Assembly (NCBI RefSeq): GCF_001194135.2
Contig: NC_068982.1
Coordinates: forward strand, 167,268,750 to 167,332,749
Length of the DNA: 64,000 bases
From: Octopus bimaculoides
Taxonomy: Eukaryota
Reading direction: 5' to 3'
Part shown: positions 51,607 through 63,697 of the stretch, piece by piece
How the letters are laid out: each line of letters opens with the position of its first letter
Numbering within the stretch: position 1 is the stretch's first letter
The notes under the pieces: model-generated
What the model was told of the DNA's origin: nothing
Databases searched by the model: none
Seen by the model: the letters and a program-made list of their open reading frames with translations, nothing else
Translations under genes and position numbers: made by a program

Positions 51607-52318
51607 TCCTCTCAGACAAAATCAAGCCTATAGCCTGTGTATTTTCTAGCTCTTTTTTTTGTTTTTAATTCTTAATCAAGTTAAAGAATGTTTGTTTGTG
51701 TGAAGACTATGGTTTCAATGATGATATTTCAAACAACTGATGCTGGCAGAGATAATACTGTTGTAGGGTGCATATAAAAGTGCAGTTGGGATAGAACTAG
51801 GGCTAGATTTAATGTTAAAAGATGGTGAAACTATTTGGTTTGTTTACAACATTTTTAATTCAGATATTTTCTCCCCTCTCTATCTTATAATCTCTAATTC
51901 TTTCTCCCTTGACTACCATCATATTCTGAAGTTTCCCATTTCAATTCATGTGGCTATTTTCTTTATTCCTTACTTGTTACCTTTATTTTTTCCTTTGTTT
52001 CTTTTCTGTTTTCTTTCTCTTTTTTCTCTTGCTTTTTTTTGTTCATTAATTCCTTTCACAAGTGTTACTAGTTATATCAAATGATATATTTATTACAAGA
52101 AATGGTGTGTATGAGTGTGTATGTGTTGTGTGCTTATAAATGAGAAAAATACTCAATAAAGAAGTTCAGTGCAGATGTTTATGCATCCTAGTGCTGCAGT
52201 TACTCCCTGCTTACACACAGCTTCATAAATATTACTGTTGACATAAATTACATAAAGAACAGTGATATCCACAAAACACTGAATAGTAACGGAATAACCT
52301 CACACTATACTGTGCATG

Positions 52319-52322
<4 letters not shown>

Positions 52323-52367
<45 letters not shown>

Positions 52368-52821
52368 NNNNNNNNNNNNNNNNNNNNNNNNNNNNNNNNN
52401 NNNNNNNNNNNNNNNNNNNNNNNNNNNNNNNNNNNNNNNNNNNNNNNNNNNNNNNNNNNNNNNNNNNNNNNNNNNNNNNNNNNNNNNNNNNNNNNNNNNN
52501 NNNNNNNNNNNNNNNNNNNNNNNNNNNNNNNNNNNNNNNNNNNNNNNNNNNNNNNNNNNNNNNNNNNNNNNNNNNNNNNNNNNNNNNNNNNNNNNNNNNN
52601 NNNNNNNNNNNNNNNNNNNNNNNNNNNNNNNNNNNNNNNNNNNNNNNNNNNNNNNNNNNNNNNNNNNNNNNNNNNNNNNNNNNNNNNNNNNNNNNNNNNN
52701 NNNNNNNNNNNNNNNNNNNNNNNNNNNNNNNNNNNNNNNNNNNNNNNNNNNNNNNNNNNNNNNNNNNNNNNNNNNNNNNNNNNNNNNNNNNNNNNNNNNN
52801 NNNNNNNNNNNNNNNNNNNNN

Positions 52822-52864
<43 letters not shown>
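52323..52864. other. (TA)n tracts flanking an assembly gap (N 52368-52821)
   Basis: Direct reading. Confidence 0.98.
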
Positions 52865-52868
<4 letters not shown>

Positions 52869-52904
52869 ACTTCTTTATTTTCCATCTCTTTTGATGCAGT
52901 TACC

Positions 52905-53250
52905 TAGTCCCACTGTGTGGTATCTTGGGCAAATCTCTTCTGCTATATCCCTGGGTTAACTAAAGCCTTTAAGTGGATTTGGTTGACAGAAATCAAAGGA
53001 AGCTTGTTGTGTATGTTTGTGTCTTAACATCATATAATAGTTACAAATGAGTGTCACTGTCATACAAGCAGTGTCATTCACTTCCAGTATCCTACAAGAA
53101 TATATCTAGTCATAGGGAAGTGTTACCTTGCTTGGAAAAAGATGAGGGGTTGGCAACAAGAAAGGCATCTGGCTGTAGAAAATCTGTCTCGATAAACTCT
53201 GTCTGACCCATGCAAGCATGGAAAATGGATGTTAAAATGGAGATGGTGAT
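52905..53250 (+). mobile_element. Degenerate SINE: head/core followed by an RTE-like 3' end
   Basis: CCCACTGTGTGGTATCTTGGGCAAAT...GTGGATTTGGTTGACAGAAA then AAGGCATCTGGCTGTAGAAAATCTG...GACCCATGCAAGCATGGAAAATGGATGTTAAAATG. Confidence 0.65.
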
Positions 53251-53669
53251 AAGGTAACTGGTGTAAAATTTAACCCTGCTGTCAACATTTACTTAGCAGA
53301 GGGTTGGACCCTACTCTTACCAAATGGACAATACATATGTATGTATGCACACATATGTACCTGTATACATTGATATACTTATATTCAGTTATTTGCATGC
53401 ACACTTTATACATGTAGCCAATTGCAACATAATATAACAATGTCACATACACACAGACTGTAAGAATGGAATTTTTAGTTACGTTCAACAAGCTGCTTTT
53501 GCCTGCCAATGCAGGGTAGTTGTCTGTTAAACTTTGTTAGAAATAGATCAAAACAAAATAACTTCTCTATTTTTGGAGCAATGATAGCTGAGACAGTTAT
53601 AGTTGGGGTAGTTGACAATAATTGATTTATTTTTAAGTTATAAACTTTCGTTCATTGTAGAGAGGACAT

Positions 53670-53845
53670 AGATCAGAATTAGGTAAATGAAAGATCAGAA
53701 TTAGGTAAATGAAAGATCAGAATTAGGTAAATGAAAGATCAGAATTAGGTAAATGAAAGATCAGAATTCGGTAAATGAAAGATCAGAATTCGGTAAATGA
53801 AAGATCAGAATTCGGTAAATGAAAGATCAGAATTAGGTAAATGAA
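53670..53845. repeat. 22-bp minisatellite x8, AGATCAGAATT(A/C)GGTAAATGAA
   Basis: Units at 53670, 53692, 53714, 53736 (A), 53758, 53780, 53802 (C), 53824 (A). Confidence 0.98.
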
Positions 53846-54382
53846 ACCAGGGATACGGTTTGTAACTTTATTTACTTTTGTTATTTGTCGGTTTAAAAAG
53901 TAAGATGGAGCTTAACACTTTCTGACAAAATGTGCAAAGGAAACCCAACCATCGATAGTCAAGTTGCAATGAATGGAAAGTTGATCTCCAACAATACTGC
54001 TGTAGGGATGCATACTTCAGAACTTGGTAAGACATAACTTATCCTGATCATTCTACTGCATGCTTGGTATATCACCAGGCATTTTGGCCTGCTTTCCTCT
54101 GGTTCAGGAAGTCAGAGATGAGAAATTGAAGCTGGTCCTCTAGTGCTGCCCTCCCTCACTATAATTCAAGTTTAGCTCATGTCAAGACTTCTTGGAACTA
54201 CATGTTATGTTTAGAAACAATAAGTATTATGATAATCCTTCTTGGACTTCTTTTATTAGGTGAAAAAAGTAAAATTCAAACCAGTGAGATTTGAATTCAG
54301 ATTTTGAAGAAATGATATAGTAAATACTGCAAAACATTTCACCTGCTGTTCTGTGTTAGTAATTCTTACATAGACATAGACG

Positions 54383-54700
54383 TGTTGGTGGCACGTAAAA
54401 AGCACCCTCCAAACGTGACTGATGCTGGTACCCCACTGACTGGCTCTTGTGCCAGTGGCATGTAAAAAGCACTACCCGAATGTGATTGATGCCAGGCCTG
54501 CCTGACTGGCTTCTGTGCTGGTGGCTCATAAAAAGCACCCACTACACTCTCAGAGTGGTTGGTGTTAGGAAGGGCATCCAACTGTAGAAACATTTCCAGA
54601 TCAGACTGGAGCCTGGTGCAGCTGCTGGCTCTCCAGACCTCGGTCAAACCATTCAACCTATGCCAACATGGAAAACAGATATTAAACGATGATGATGATG
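54383..54700 (+). mobile_element. RTE LINE 3' UTR copy
   Basis: GGTGGCACGTAAAAAGCACC...GGAAGGGCATCCAACTGTAGAAAC...TTAAACGATGATGATGATG. Confidence 0.9.
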
Positions 54701-54739
54701 TTATGTTTCTTGAAATTTTATAGAAGAAAAGGACACATA

Positions 54740-55032
54740 TGAGGGTGAGCTAAAAGGTTCATAGGCTGACCAAGATACTCTCATGGAATGTGACCAAATG
54801 AGGTTCATTTTTCAACATAGTTTCCCCTGTTGTCCACACACTTCTTCCATCAGTGTTGCAGTGCTTGGATCCCATTGGTGAATAAACTTTCATCCTGTTG
54901 CTAAAAAGAAGTTATCAATAGAAGATATGATTTATCATCACTGTGACACTGATTCCCAGTCAATGTTTTTTCATGTTGGGGAAAAGATGAAAATTAGATG
55001 GGATCAAATCAAGAGAATGAGGGTGATTAACC
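54740..55032 (-). mobile_element. mariner transposon 3' end: TIR plus transposase C-terminal remnant
   Basis: TA|TGAGGGTGAGCTAAAAGGTTCAT resembles irritans-type mariner TIRs; minus frames NGIQALQH*WKKCVDNRGNYVE and HSLDLIPSNFHLFPNMKKH (YSPDLAPSDFHLF motif). Confidence 0.85.
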
Positions 55033-55204
55033 CTTTCAAAGCCACTGTCACACACAGAGTAACCATTAGAATCAAAGACTTGTGTGCTGGAGCCTATGAA
55101 TTTAATGAGTTGGCCTGCTTAAGGGAAGCACTTCCTATTCGATTTTTTGACAATAAGTTATTCATAAACCAATAAACTATAGGTTACTTTTAAACTGTTT
55201 TAGT

Positions 55205-55395
55205 TTTTTTATTTATTATAATAATTCTTTCTACTCTAGGCCCAAGGCCTGAAAATTTGTGAATAGTTGATTACATTGATTCCAGTGTCCAACTGGTATT
55301 TATTTCACCAAGGATGAAAGGAATTGGCACCAGTGGAATTTGAACAGAGAGCATAAAACCAGAAGCATTTTGTCCAGTGTGTTAATGTTTCTTGG
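55205..55395 (-). mobile_element. Degenerate SINE (family of 60198-60393)
   Basis: AACTGGTATTTATTTCACCAAGGATGAAAGG...GGAATTTGAAC...GCATTTTGTCCAGTGTGTTAATG matches the reverse complement of that family. Confidence 0.65.
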
Positions 55396-55424
55396 GTTGT
55401 TGTTGTTGTTGTTTCACCCAACCA

Positions 55425-55489
55425 CTTGATATAGAATGATTGTAGTGTTGTGCAATGCTTGATATAGAATGATTGTAGTGTTGTGCAAT
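55425..55489. repeat. Perfect tandem duplication (32-bp unit, period 33)
   Basis: CTTGATATAGAATGATTGTAGTGTTGTGCAAT at 55425 and 55458. Confidence 0.97.
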
Positions 55490-56527
55490 TCTAATGTTGG
55501 CATACCTATAACAAAACTAGTTAGATATAATGTAACAAGTTGTTATTAAGTAAGCTCAAAGTCCTGCCATGTCTTTGTTTTTTTGCTTTCAGTCTGGTGG
55601 ACAGTCAGATTTCATTTTATTTTATTTTTGTTTATTAGTCGTCTCAAGAATTTATTGCAGAAATTCACATTCTATTTATACTTTGCCATTTTAGGAATTT
55701 GCTTTTATTCTTTGTGTTTGTTTCTTGAATAAAATCTTACACACTATTTGTGATATATGCAGAACAAACACACACGCACGAAAGAGTACTCTGTACATGC
55801 CATAGTTTATTCATATATTGGACCTGATATTCAATCAGTCACACTACTCTGAGCTTGTTGGTCTATTAAACAGTATTCAAATTTTAACTGCTTTACTGGA
55901 CCGAAATGCTTTTTCCTGGCTGTAATTTCATTGGCCCATATATTGGTTAGTTTTATAGCAGTTTGATGTTGAGTGGGAAATTCTTTTTGCTGTAGTCTAA
56001 AAGAGTGAATGTGTCTATTATACTTTTTTTGTTTGCTTTGAAACCACTGGTTGTGATTACATTTAATTTTTCAAACATCTTTAATACCCTTGTCGAACAT
56101 ATTAGTACTAAAAGCATTCACTTCCATTCCCATAAATAAAACAATCTGTTTTTGATGCTTCTTTGACAGTTGTAATTTATTTATATCTAATTGACTATCA
56201 AACAATGAACAACAAACACTTTGTTACTGATGAGAATAACTAATAGGTATTTGTCAACTGCTCCCTTTTTGTAACATTTACCACACATTAACTTATCGTG
56301 ACTAAAATCTATTGTTTTCCAAACATACATACTGTACCATTTTCTATACTACTTTGATATGTGTCACTGTTTCTACAGGACATTTGCTCACTGATACGTT
56401 TTACTTCCTGTTACTATTAATTCAGGACTTGTGTGCATGCACACACACACACACGCACACAACCACTTTGAAGGCTTGAGTTAAACAAATTGACGCCAGT
56501 ACTTATTTTGTTTCAAGTTTGGTACTT

Positions 56528-57057
56528 ATTCTATTGGCCTCTTTTATCAAACTGCTAAGTTATAGGGACTTCTTTCTGTTTCTGTCTATGAAATCCACTT
56601 ACAAGGCTTTGGTAAGCTTTGGGCTATAGTAGAAGACACTTGCCCAAGGTGCTACACAGTGGGACTGAACCCAACCATATAGCCATGCTTCTGTATATAA
56701 TTTTTTGTTTTTAAAACATTTTTGCCATTTCTGTGGGTTAGGCAGTTCTTTAAATTCAGTTGGTGCATACATTATTGGAACATGTATNNNNNNNNNNATT
56801 CTATTGGCCTCTTTTATCAAACTGCTAAGTTATAGGGACTTCTTTCTGTTTCTGTCTATGAAATCCACTTACAAGGCTTTGGTAAGCTTTGGGCTATAGT
56901 AGAAGACACTTGCCCAAGGTGCTACACAGTGGGACTGAACCCAACCATATAGCCATGCTTCTGTATATAATTTTTTGTTTTTAAAACATTTTTGCCATTT
57001 CTGTGGGTTAGGCAGTTCTTTAAATTCAGTTGGTGCATACATTATTGGAACATGTAT
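56528..57057. other. Identical 260-bp copies either side of a 10-N gap (probable assembly overlap artefact); includes a minus-strand SINE fragment
   Basis: 56528-56787 = 56798-57057; N at 56788-56797. Confidence 0.9.
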
Positions 57058-57212
57058 TTTACAGTTGGATTTCTGGATGTTTACTATTCCTCTGTGACTT
57101 AGAAGAGGCCCCTATTTTAGATCAGTATATACTATACACTCAGCAGAGTAATGTTGTTTAACTCCTGGCTAGCTTTCATTGAGAGAGCCTATGTATATGT
57201 GTGATAAGGTTC

Positions 57213-57614
57213 AGGTGTTGCTGTGTGGTAAGAAGCTTGCTTCCCAACCACATGGTTCTGGGTTCAGTCCCACTGCATGATATTTTCGGCAAGTGTCTAT
57301 TACTATAGCCTTGGGCTGATCCAAGCCTTGTGAGTGGATTTGATAGACAGAATCTGAAAAGAAACCTGTCGTGCATATATGTATATATCTATGTGTGTGT
57401 GTCTTTGTGTCTGTGTTTATTCCTCCACCACTGCTTGACAACTGGTGTTGGAGTGTTTACTTCCCTGTAACTTAACAGTTTGATAAAAGAGACCTATAGA
57501 ATAAATATTACGCTTTTAAAAATAAAAGTCTTGGGGCCCGATTCATTTGACTAAAACACGTCAAGGTGGTGCCCCAGCATGGCTGCAGTCAAATGACTGA
57601 AACAAATAAAAAGA
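57213..57614 (+). mobile_element. Composite tRNA-derived SINE, complete architecture
   Basis: Head GCTGTGTGGTAAGAAGCTTGCTTCCCAACCACATGGTTCTGGGTTCAGTCCC; internal TA/TG tract; tail ...GGTGCCCCAGCATGGCTGCAGTCAAATGACTGAAACAAATAAAAAGA. Confidence 0.9.
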
Positions 57615-59122
57615 TTAAAAAAAAAAAGTTGTTTGTCAAATATAGAGAAACAGTAACTGTGATACTGTAACAGAGTCTACTTTACTTGCTCCTGCTGTGG
57701 TCACTACCGGAATCTACTAAAGCACATTGGACAGTAGTGGGAGCACAAGCATTCTTGGATTTCCACAGTGAAGTCTTGTTACTAGCAGTTGTTGAATTGT
57801 GATAGTGCACTGGTGAAGTTATATGAGAGGGGTGGGTAGAACAGGCTTCAACATGGCTACTCACATCTAGTAGGGTAAAGAGTGGGAGAGAGAAATAGAA
57901 AATTATCAGGAGCTGCAAGACATAGATAATGGCAGTGATGTGCCCAAGTGGCTTCACAAAACACACTTGGTTTAAGTTATCTATAATGATAAAGAACTAA
58001 TTTAGGCATGTTTTCTGTCTAGTCAGTTAGTGGTTTTGTTTTTAAAGAGGTTTCTCAAGTTAAATACCTTCAATAACTCACTGCCACAATAAAAAAACAA
58101 ACAAACAATGATTTTATATATAAGGAGAAGAAAAACTAATATTAAATAGTAACAATAGTAATTACATTTAAAGAAAAAGCGTATTACATAGCCATTGCAT
58201 GTATCCGTTTGAGTTCTTGTATGGATGGTCTGTTTAGCAGAATTCTGGTGTGGCTAATAATTTTCTCAGTTTATAAAGAATGAACCAAAAATCACACACT
58301 TACTTATACAACAAGATGAATAGAGCAAAGATTACAATGACTCCATGAAACAGGATGCTATTCTATGCTATGCTACTAGAAACAAATCTCATGATATCCA
58401 CTGAAATATCTTCTGTAAAGTTTCCCATCTATTCTTTACATGATGAATCTAAACAGGTTCTTATCTATTGCTAGATTCCAGAATCAGCTGCAGCGATACA
58501 ATAAATAACAGTAGCTATTAGCTGCTTGCTATCTTTCCTGTTGGAATTTCTTTTGTCTAACTTACAATATACTGTGAAAAAACGAAAATCTTGTTTCATC
58601 TGTTATAAATATTACTCTGAGAGTAGTCTCTACTCTATGCAATTGCTAGCTTGTTAGTAATAACAATGAAATCTCCATCAGATCACATCCTGCCATCTTA
58701 AAATTAAAGAAAGGAGATACTGGATAATATAACTCTAAGTTCAACATCCACTATATCTGCACAAAGAGTAGAGTGATCATGGCTGAAACATCTGCTTAAT
58801 CAGTGTTGATCAGGATCTAAACAGCAGCATTACTCACTTCAGTGTTGTGCAAAAATAATTATTTTTAAAATGTAGAGTAGTCCAAAAGTCTGGTCAATCC
58901 AATATTACAATGTAATAAAGATACATAACTAAGTTTTAATTAAAAATAAAGGCAATATTCTATGGAAGACTTTGTAGGCTGGGTGTTTTGTAAACCTATT
59001 AATTGCAGTTCCTACTGGAAACATTAAACAGATGAGCAATAAATCTCCCTTGATAGGTTGTTAATTTATCACTGTCAAGTTTCCTAGAAAGATATTTTCA
59101 CCTACTTTGATATAACTAAACC

Positions 59123-59360
59123 ACATAAGATGAGCGTGGCCGTTGCCAGTACCACCTGACTGGCCTTCGTGTGGGTGACACGTAAAAGCACCCACTACAC
59201 TCTCTGAGTGGTTGGCGTTAGGAAGGGCATCCAGCTGTAGAAACTCTGCCAAATCAGATTGGAGCCTGGTGTAGCCATCTGGTTTCACCAGTCCTCAGTC
59301 AAATCGTCCAACCCATGCTAGCATGGAAAGCGGACGTTAAATGACGACGACGACGACGAC
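59123..59360 (+). mobile_element. Young 5'-truncated RTE LINE 3' UTR copy with (GAC)6 tail
   Basis: Near-identical to 8434-8620; ends GGACGTTAAAT(GAC)6. Confidence 0.92.
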
Positions 59361-59489
59361 ATAAAATTTAGTTTCTCTAGGGACCAAATTAACCCCCAGC
59401 AGCAGTGGAAAAGTAATTTGATCATGAGAGGATCATATTCACCTGACCATTTTGAATGTCACTTGTATAAATATTACCATGCCACCCTC

Positions 59490-59822
59490 TTTCATCTTGT
59501 TTCAGCCATTGGATTGGGCCATGCTGGAGCATCACCTCGAGGGGTACCCTATCAGCCGCTTTTGCTGAACTTCTAAGTTGCAGGGATGTAAACAAAGCAA
59601 TACCAGGTGATGGTGGTGGAAATGTGTACGTGTACACATTGTATTTAAACACACACACACACACACACATGACAAGCTCCTTTCATTTTCCATCTGCCAA
59701 ATTCAATCACAAGGCCTTGGTCAACTATAGAAGACACTTGCCCAAGATGCCATATTGTGCGACTGAATCCAGAACCATGTGGTTGGGGAGCAAACTTCTT
59801 ACCTCACAGCTATGCCTGTGCC
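59490..59822 (-). mobile_element. Composite tRNA-derived SINE
   Basis: TCTTGTTTCAGCCATTGGATTGGGCCATGCTGGAGC...(CA)n...GACTGAATCCAGAACCATGTGGTTGGGGAGCAAACTTCTTACC. Confidence 0.85.
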
Positions 59823-60197
59823 TTATAATTTCATATAATTACAAGATGTTATAAATGTTGAGTTAACTTTTATAAATGCTGCTTTATTTAGGCTTAGATA
59901 ACTTACAACTTACCAGGTGTTTTCTGCAAATCTGTTGCTTTTTCCAACCTGTACTATTCCTTGTGAATATTTATAAAAATACTCACTAGTTAATTTCCCA
60001 TTGTATTTAAGCAATGCTTTGCAGCTGATATTTAAAATTTTTTTCTTTTCATATTTTAAAATTCAGTTTGTGTAGAATTAGCTGCTGATATTTACTATTG
60101 AACATGCTGTTAGCATGCCTACTGAAATGATTATTGTAATTCTATTTTCTGCCTACAAACAATGATATTTAATTGTCCTTAATATATAATTGGTGCA

Positions 60198-60393
60198 AAG
60201 TAGTGAGCTAGCATAATCATTAGCACACTGGCAAAATACTTAGTGGCATTCCATCCATCTTTACATTCTGATTTCAAATTTCGCTGAAGTCGACTTTGCC
60301 TTTCATCCTTCTGGGGTTGATAAAATAAGTACCAATTGAGGACTGGGGTTGATGTAATCTGAACTTTCTGGCCTTGTGTCAAAAGTTGAAACC
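60198..60393 (+). mobile_element. SINE (196 bp) with 17-bp TSD AATATATAATTGGTGCA
   Basis: TSD at 60181-60197 and 60394-60410; body GAAGTCGACTTTGCCTTTCATCCTTCTGGGGTTGATAAAATAAGTACC shared with 5180 and 55205 copies. Confidence 0.88.
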
Positions 60394-60804
60394 AATATAT
60401 AATTGGTGCAGACGTCGTTACTCCATTTATTTTGAGAAGGTTTGTCTTCTGTTAAAGCTATATTATAAACATATTGCTGAAATATTGTTGTAGTGCACCT
60501 GAGCACTATACAATAAGCTCGTCATTATTATTTTATACTTAATGTTACTCAAACACTATAGGAAGCTTATGAGAGCACTTGTGAAGAACTCATAAAGGAA
60601 GTGAACACAATGTTGGCTCCTGTCTATGAAGAAACTTATTGTAATGTTATAATGGCCGAATGCTGATAAGTTCCTATGTAAATTTTAAAGTTTTCAACTT
60701 GATGCCTGGTCTTTAAATAAAATCCTTTAACATTGTTTCAGAAAATGTTACATTTTGTGTTATGTGATTAGGATAAAAAGAAAAGTAGAATGGTAGTCAG
60801 TATA

Positions 60805-61190
60805 TAGTCTTTTATTCTTTCGCGTATTTCAGTTGTTGGACTGCAGCCATGTTGAGGAATCATCTTGAAGAGTTTTGATCAAGCATATCGACCCTAGTAC
60901 TTATTTTTCTTTTTTAAGTCTGATACTTATTCTATCGATCTTATTTTTTGAACTGCTAAGTTACAAAGATGTAAGCAAACCAACACCAGTTGTCAAGCAG
61001 TGAAGGATGGGGCAAAGACTCAAACACATATGACAGGCTTCTCCACAGTTTTTATCTACCATATTCACTCACAAGGCAATGGTTGGCCTGAAGTTATGGG
61101 AGAAGACACTTGCCCAAAGTGCTCTGCTGTGGGACTGAACCCAAAATCGCATGGTTTTGAAATGAACTTGTTAACCAAATAGCTATCCCT
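60805..61190 (-). mobile_element. Composite tRNA-derived SINE
   Basis: TTTCAGTTGTTGGACTGCAGCCATG...AACACCAGTTGTCAAGCAGTG...GAAGACACTTGCCCAAAG...GGGACTGAACCC. Confidence 0.85.
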
Positions 61191-62482
61191 GCATTGATAT
61201 TCCATGACTTATTAATTTATATTATTTAGATAAATGTTACAACTCATTACATTTATCACTGTAACATTACTTTCTAATCCTTTATTTTTCAAGCTGTACA
61301 CTGAGGCCTTCTAAAACAACTCACTGCATTTATCTCTTCTACCAACCACAGACTATACTAAACATTATCTTCAGCTTGTCCTCATCTGACTAGCACTCCT
61401 CTCTGAACTTTCTTATTCAGAGTTTCCTTTTTAAATGCTAACTGGCAACAGCTTGTATTTGATATCAACCATACCAACCTCACAGAGTTGCCTGTAATAG
61501 CCTAGGAAGATCTGAAAGCTAGTGGCACTTTCTAGCTTCTTCAGACTAGCTATTTAAAGTAGAATTTAGTGAAGAAAATGAGATTTTTTAGAGATATTAT
61601 AAGAGTTAGCTTTGGATTATAAAAATGGAAATTGCTTTCTAATGTTCATTATGTTTTTGACTAATTTTCTATCAAGATCTATATGACAATTCATTTTATG
61701 GTTTTGGTATCTTCATAGATTCCACATCAATTCCTCTTTATGGTTAGGATTAAGTGAGCATGAGTACCTGCTCATACCTTGTGAACATGTGTCACCTTTT
61801 ATGCCAGTGTCTATTTATTAAGAATATAAATGATTAATTTCAAAGCTACTTGTCCTTTTTTATTGTGTATTCTCCATGTCTTCACCCAACATGCATCGTT
61901 TGTTTCTATGATGTATTTCTTTATTCATGGAAGAATGAACTAGTGACAGACCTTTGGAATAGTTACTCGTCTAACCTGCTCAGTGTCACAGCTGAATTTC
62001 TCTCAATACAGTCTACATGACCTTGCTAGAATGCCACTAAGTTACTCTTCAGTTGACTGCCTTCGTTTCATAGGTATATTGACAGTGTCTACTCAATAAA
62101 ATAAGACAAGCAATAACAATGCATGCAGTGATGCTACATGAACTAAGTTTGAATAAAGAATGGAGTACCTGTGGTTGGAATGCTTTTGTTCACAGGTCTG
62201 CTCAATCAGCACTGAATTAAACAATAACTACCTTCTTAGTATTGTGTAAAGATGATGTTTTTGTAAAAATATAGAGCACTTTTTATACACTGGCTAATCC
62301 AACATAAATATAATGCTGTTTATACCCAGTTGTTCTTTTAACAATTAGTGTTCAATTTATTCTTGGGCAAGAAGTGAACTTTTTTTGTAACAACTTTTAC
62401 TCTTTTGTTACCATATTTTTGTTGAAAATCTTTGTTTCAATTAATTTTGAAAATAATAAAGAATTTATAAGCTGGTGTTTGC

Positions 62483-62800
62483 AACATAAATTAACATGGA
62501 ATTTTGATGGAAGGTTTTAAGATCACTTTAGAACAGGAAGTTTCTGTCTTAGAACTAGGAGTTGTTTTAGGCAAGTTGGTGTCAGAAGCATTAATAAAAC
62601 TGTAATGTAAGATGGTAGTAAGGAAACAAGCTAGTTAACATAAATTAGCATGGAATTTTGATGAAAGGTTTTAATTCAGATCACTTTAGAACAGGAAGTT
62701 ACTATCATAGAACGAGGGGTTGTTTCAGGCAGGTTGGGGGTTAAAAGGTTTAGGTATTTATCTGTAATGTAAGACGGTACTAAAGAAACAAGCTTGTTTT
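62483..62800. repeat. Diverged tandem duplication, period ~154 bp
   Basis: AACATAAATTA(A/G)CATGGAATTTTGATG...GATCACTTTAGAACAGGAAGTT...CTGTAATGTAAGA...GAAACAAGCT at 62483 and 62637. Confidence 0.9.
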
Positions 62801-63697
62801 AATATGACACTTGTGGAATTGTTTCCTTGTATAAATTATTAATATTTTGTATTAGTCATGGTTTCACTGTTTGTTCTACTTTAATCTAACTAATTAGTTG
62901 TATTTAAAACCTATCTAATGTTTTACCCCCCTGTTAATCAAAATATGTCTGTTATATTATTCTGAGTAATAAAAAGTGATCAGCCTGATGACTTTATCTG
63001 TTTGTTTTGTTTATCTATATTACATTTGTTTCTAGTAGTATATTCTACAAGTTTTGTTTGTATAATCAGGATCACATTGTTCATGTCCATCTTTTTTTTA
63101 AGCCAGTAGGGTATGATTAAGGTTGATTTTGTTGCTATTTCTATTTCAGGTTCATACATGCATGCATGCATACCTACATTGTAACACCCCGTCCCCTTCT
63201 CTTTTCTATTTATTACCAACCCTTCTAACTCATAGTGTTCTATGTTTCATCTCCCTATCATCTGTGTCATCTTTCATCATCATTTTGACTCCCTTGTTCT
63301 TTGTAGGTACCTGTGTAAGAGACTGTATTGAAGTAACCTCATCCCTCTATCCAGTACACTGTAGCCTTGCTCTTGTCTACTACAAACAATCACTCTCTGT
63401 CTTCTAGGTCACCTCTTGCCACTTATCACCTACTCTTAGTTTTATCTCATTACACATGTTTACCTTTGTCTACCTTTGCTATTGACTATCACTCCCCTTT
63501 GACTACACCTCAAAGAACCTTTCTATTTCCACTAATTCATTCTGGCCCGTTGATGTCATTGCACTTTCTTGTAATCTCTTCCTTGGCAACCTGAAAGAAT
63601 GGAAACGTCTGATGTTTTGAGGCACTCCTGCTCATCTTACTCATTTCTGGTTGTGCTGCTGTTAGTGCTCTCTCATACTTCCTTCTTCTGTTCACTC

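Noticed and set aside
52232-52959. ORFs of 192-217 aa
   Set aside because: Composed of (TA)n translation and N gap
46896-53845. CRISPR-like arrays (44-bp repeat at 46896 and 22-bp repeat at 53670)
   Set aside because: Units are contiguous with no unique spacers, there are no cas genes, and the context is eukaryotic
55027-55045. TTAACCCTTT as the start of a piggyBac element interrupting the mariner
   Set aside because: No matching opposite terminus found downstream
56528-57057. Recent 260-bp tandem duplication
   Set aside because: Copies are identical and end or start exactly at a 10-N placeholder gap, the signature of an unmerged contig overlap; long reads or read depth would settle it
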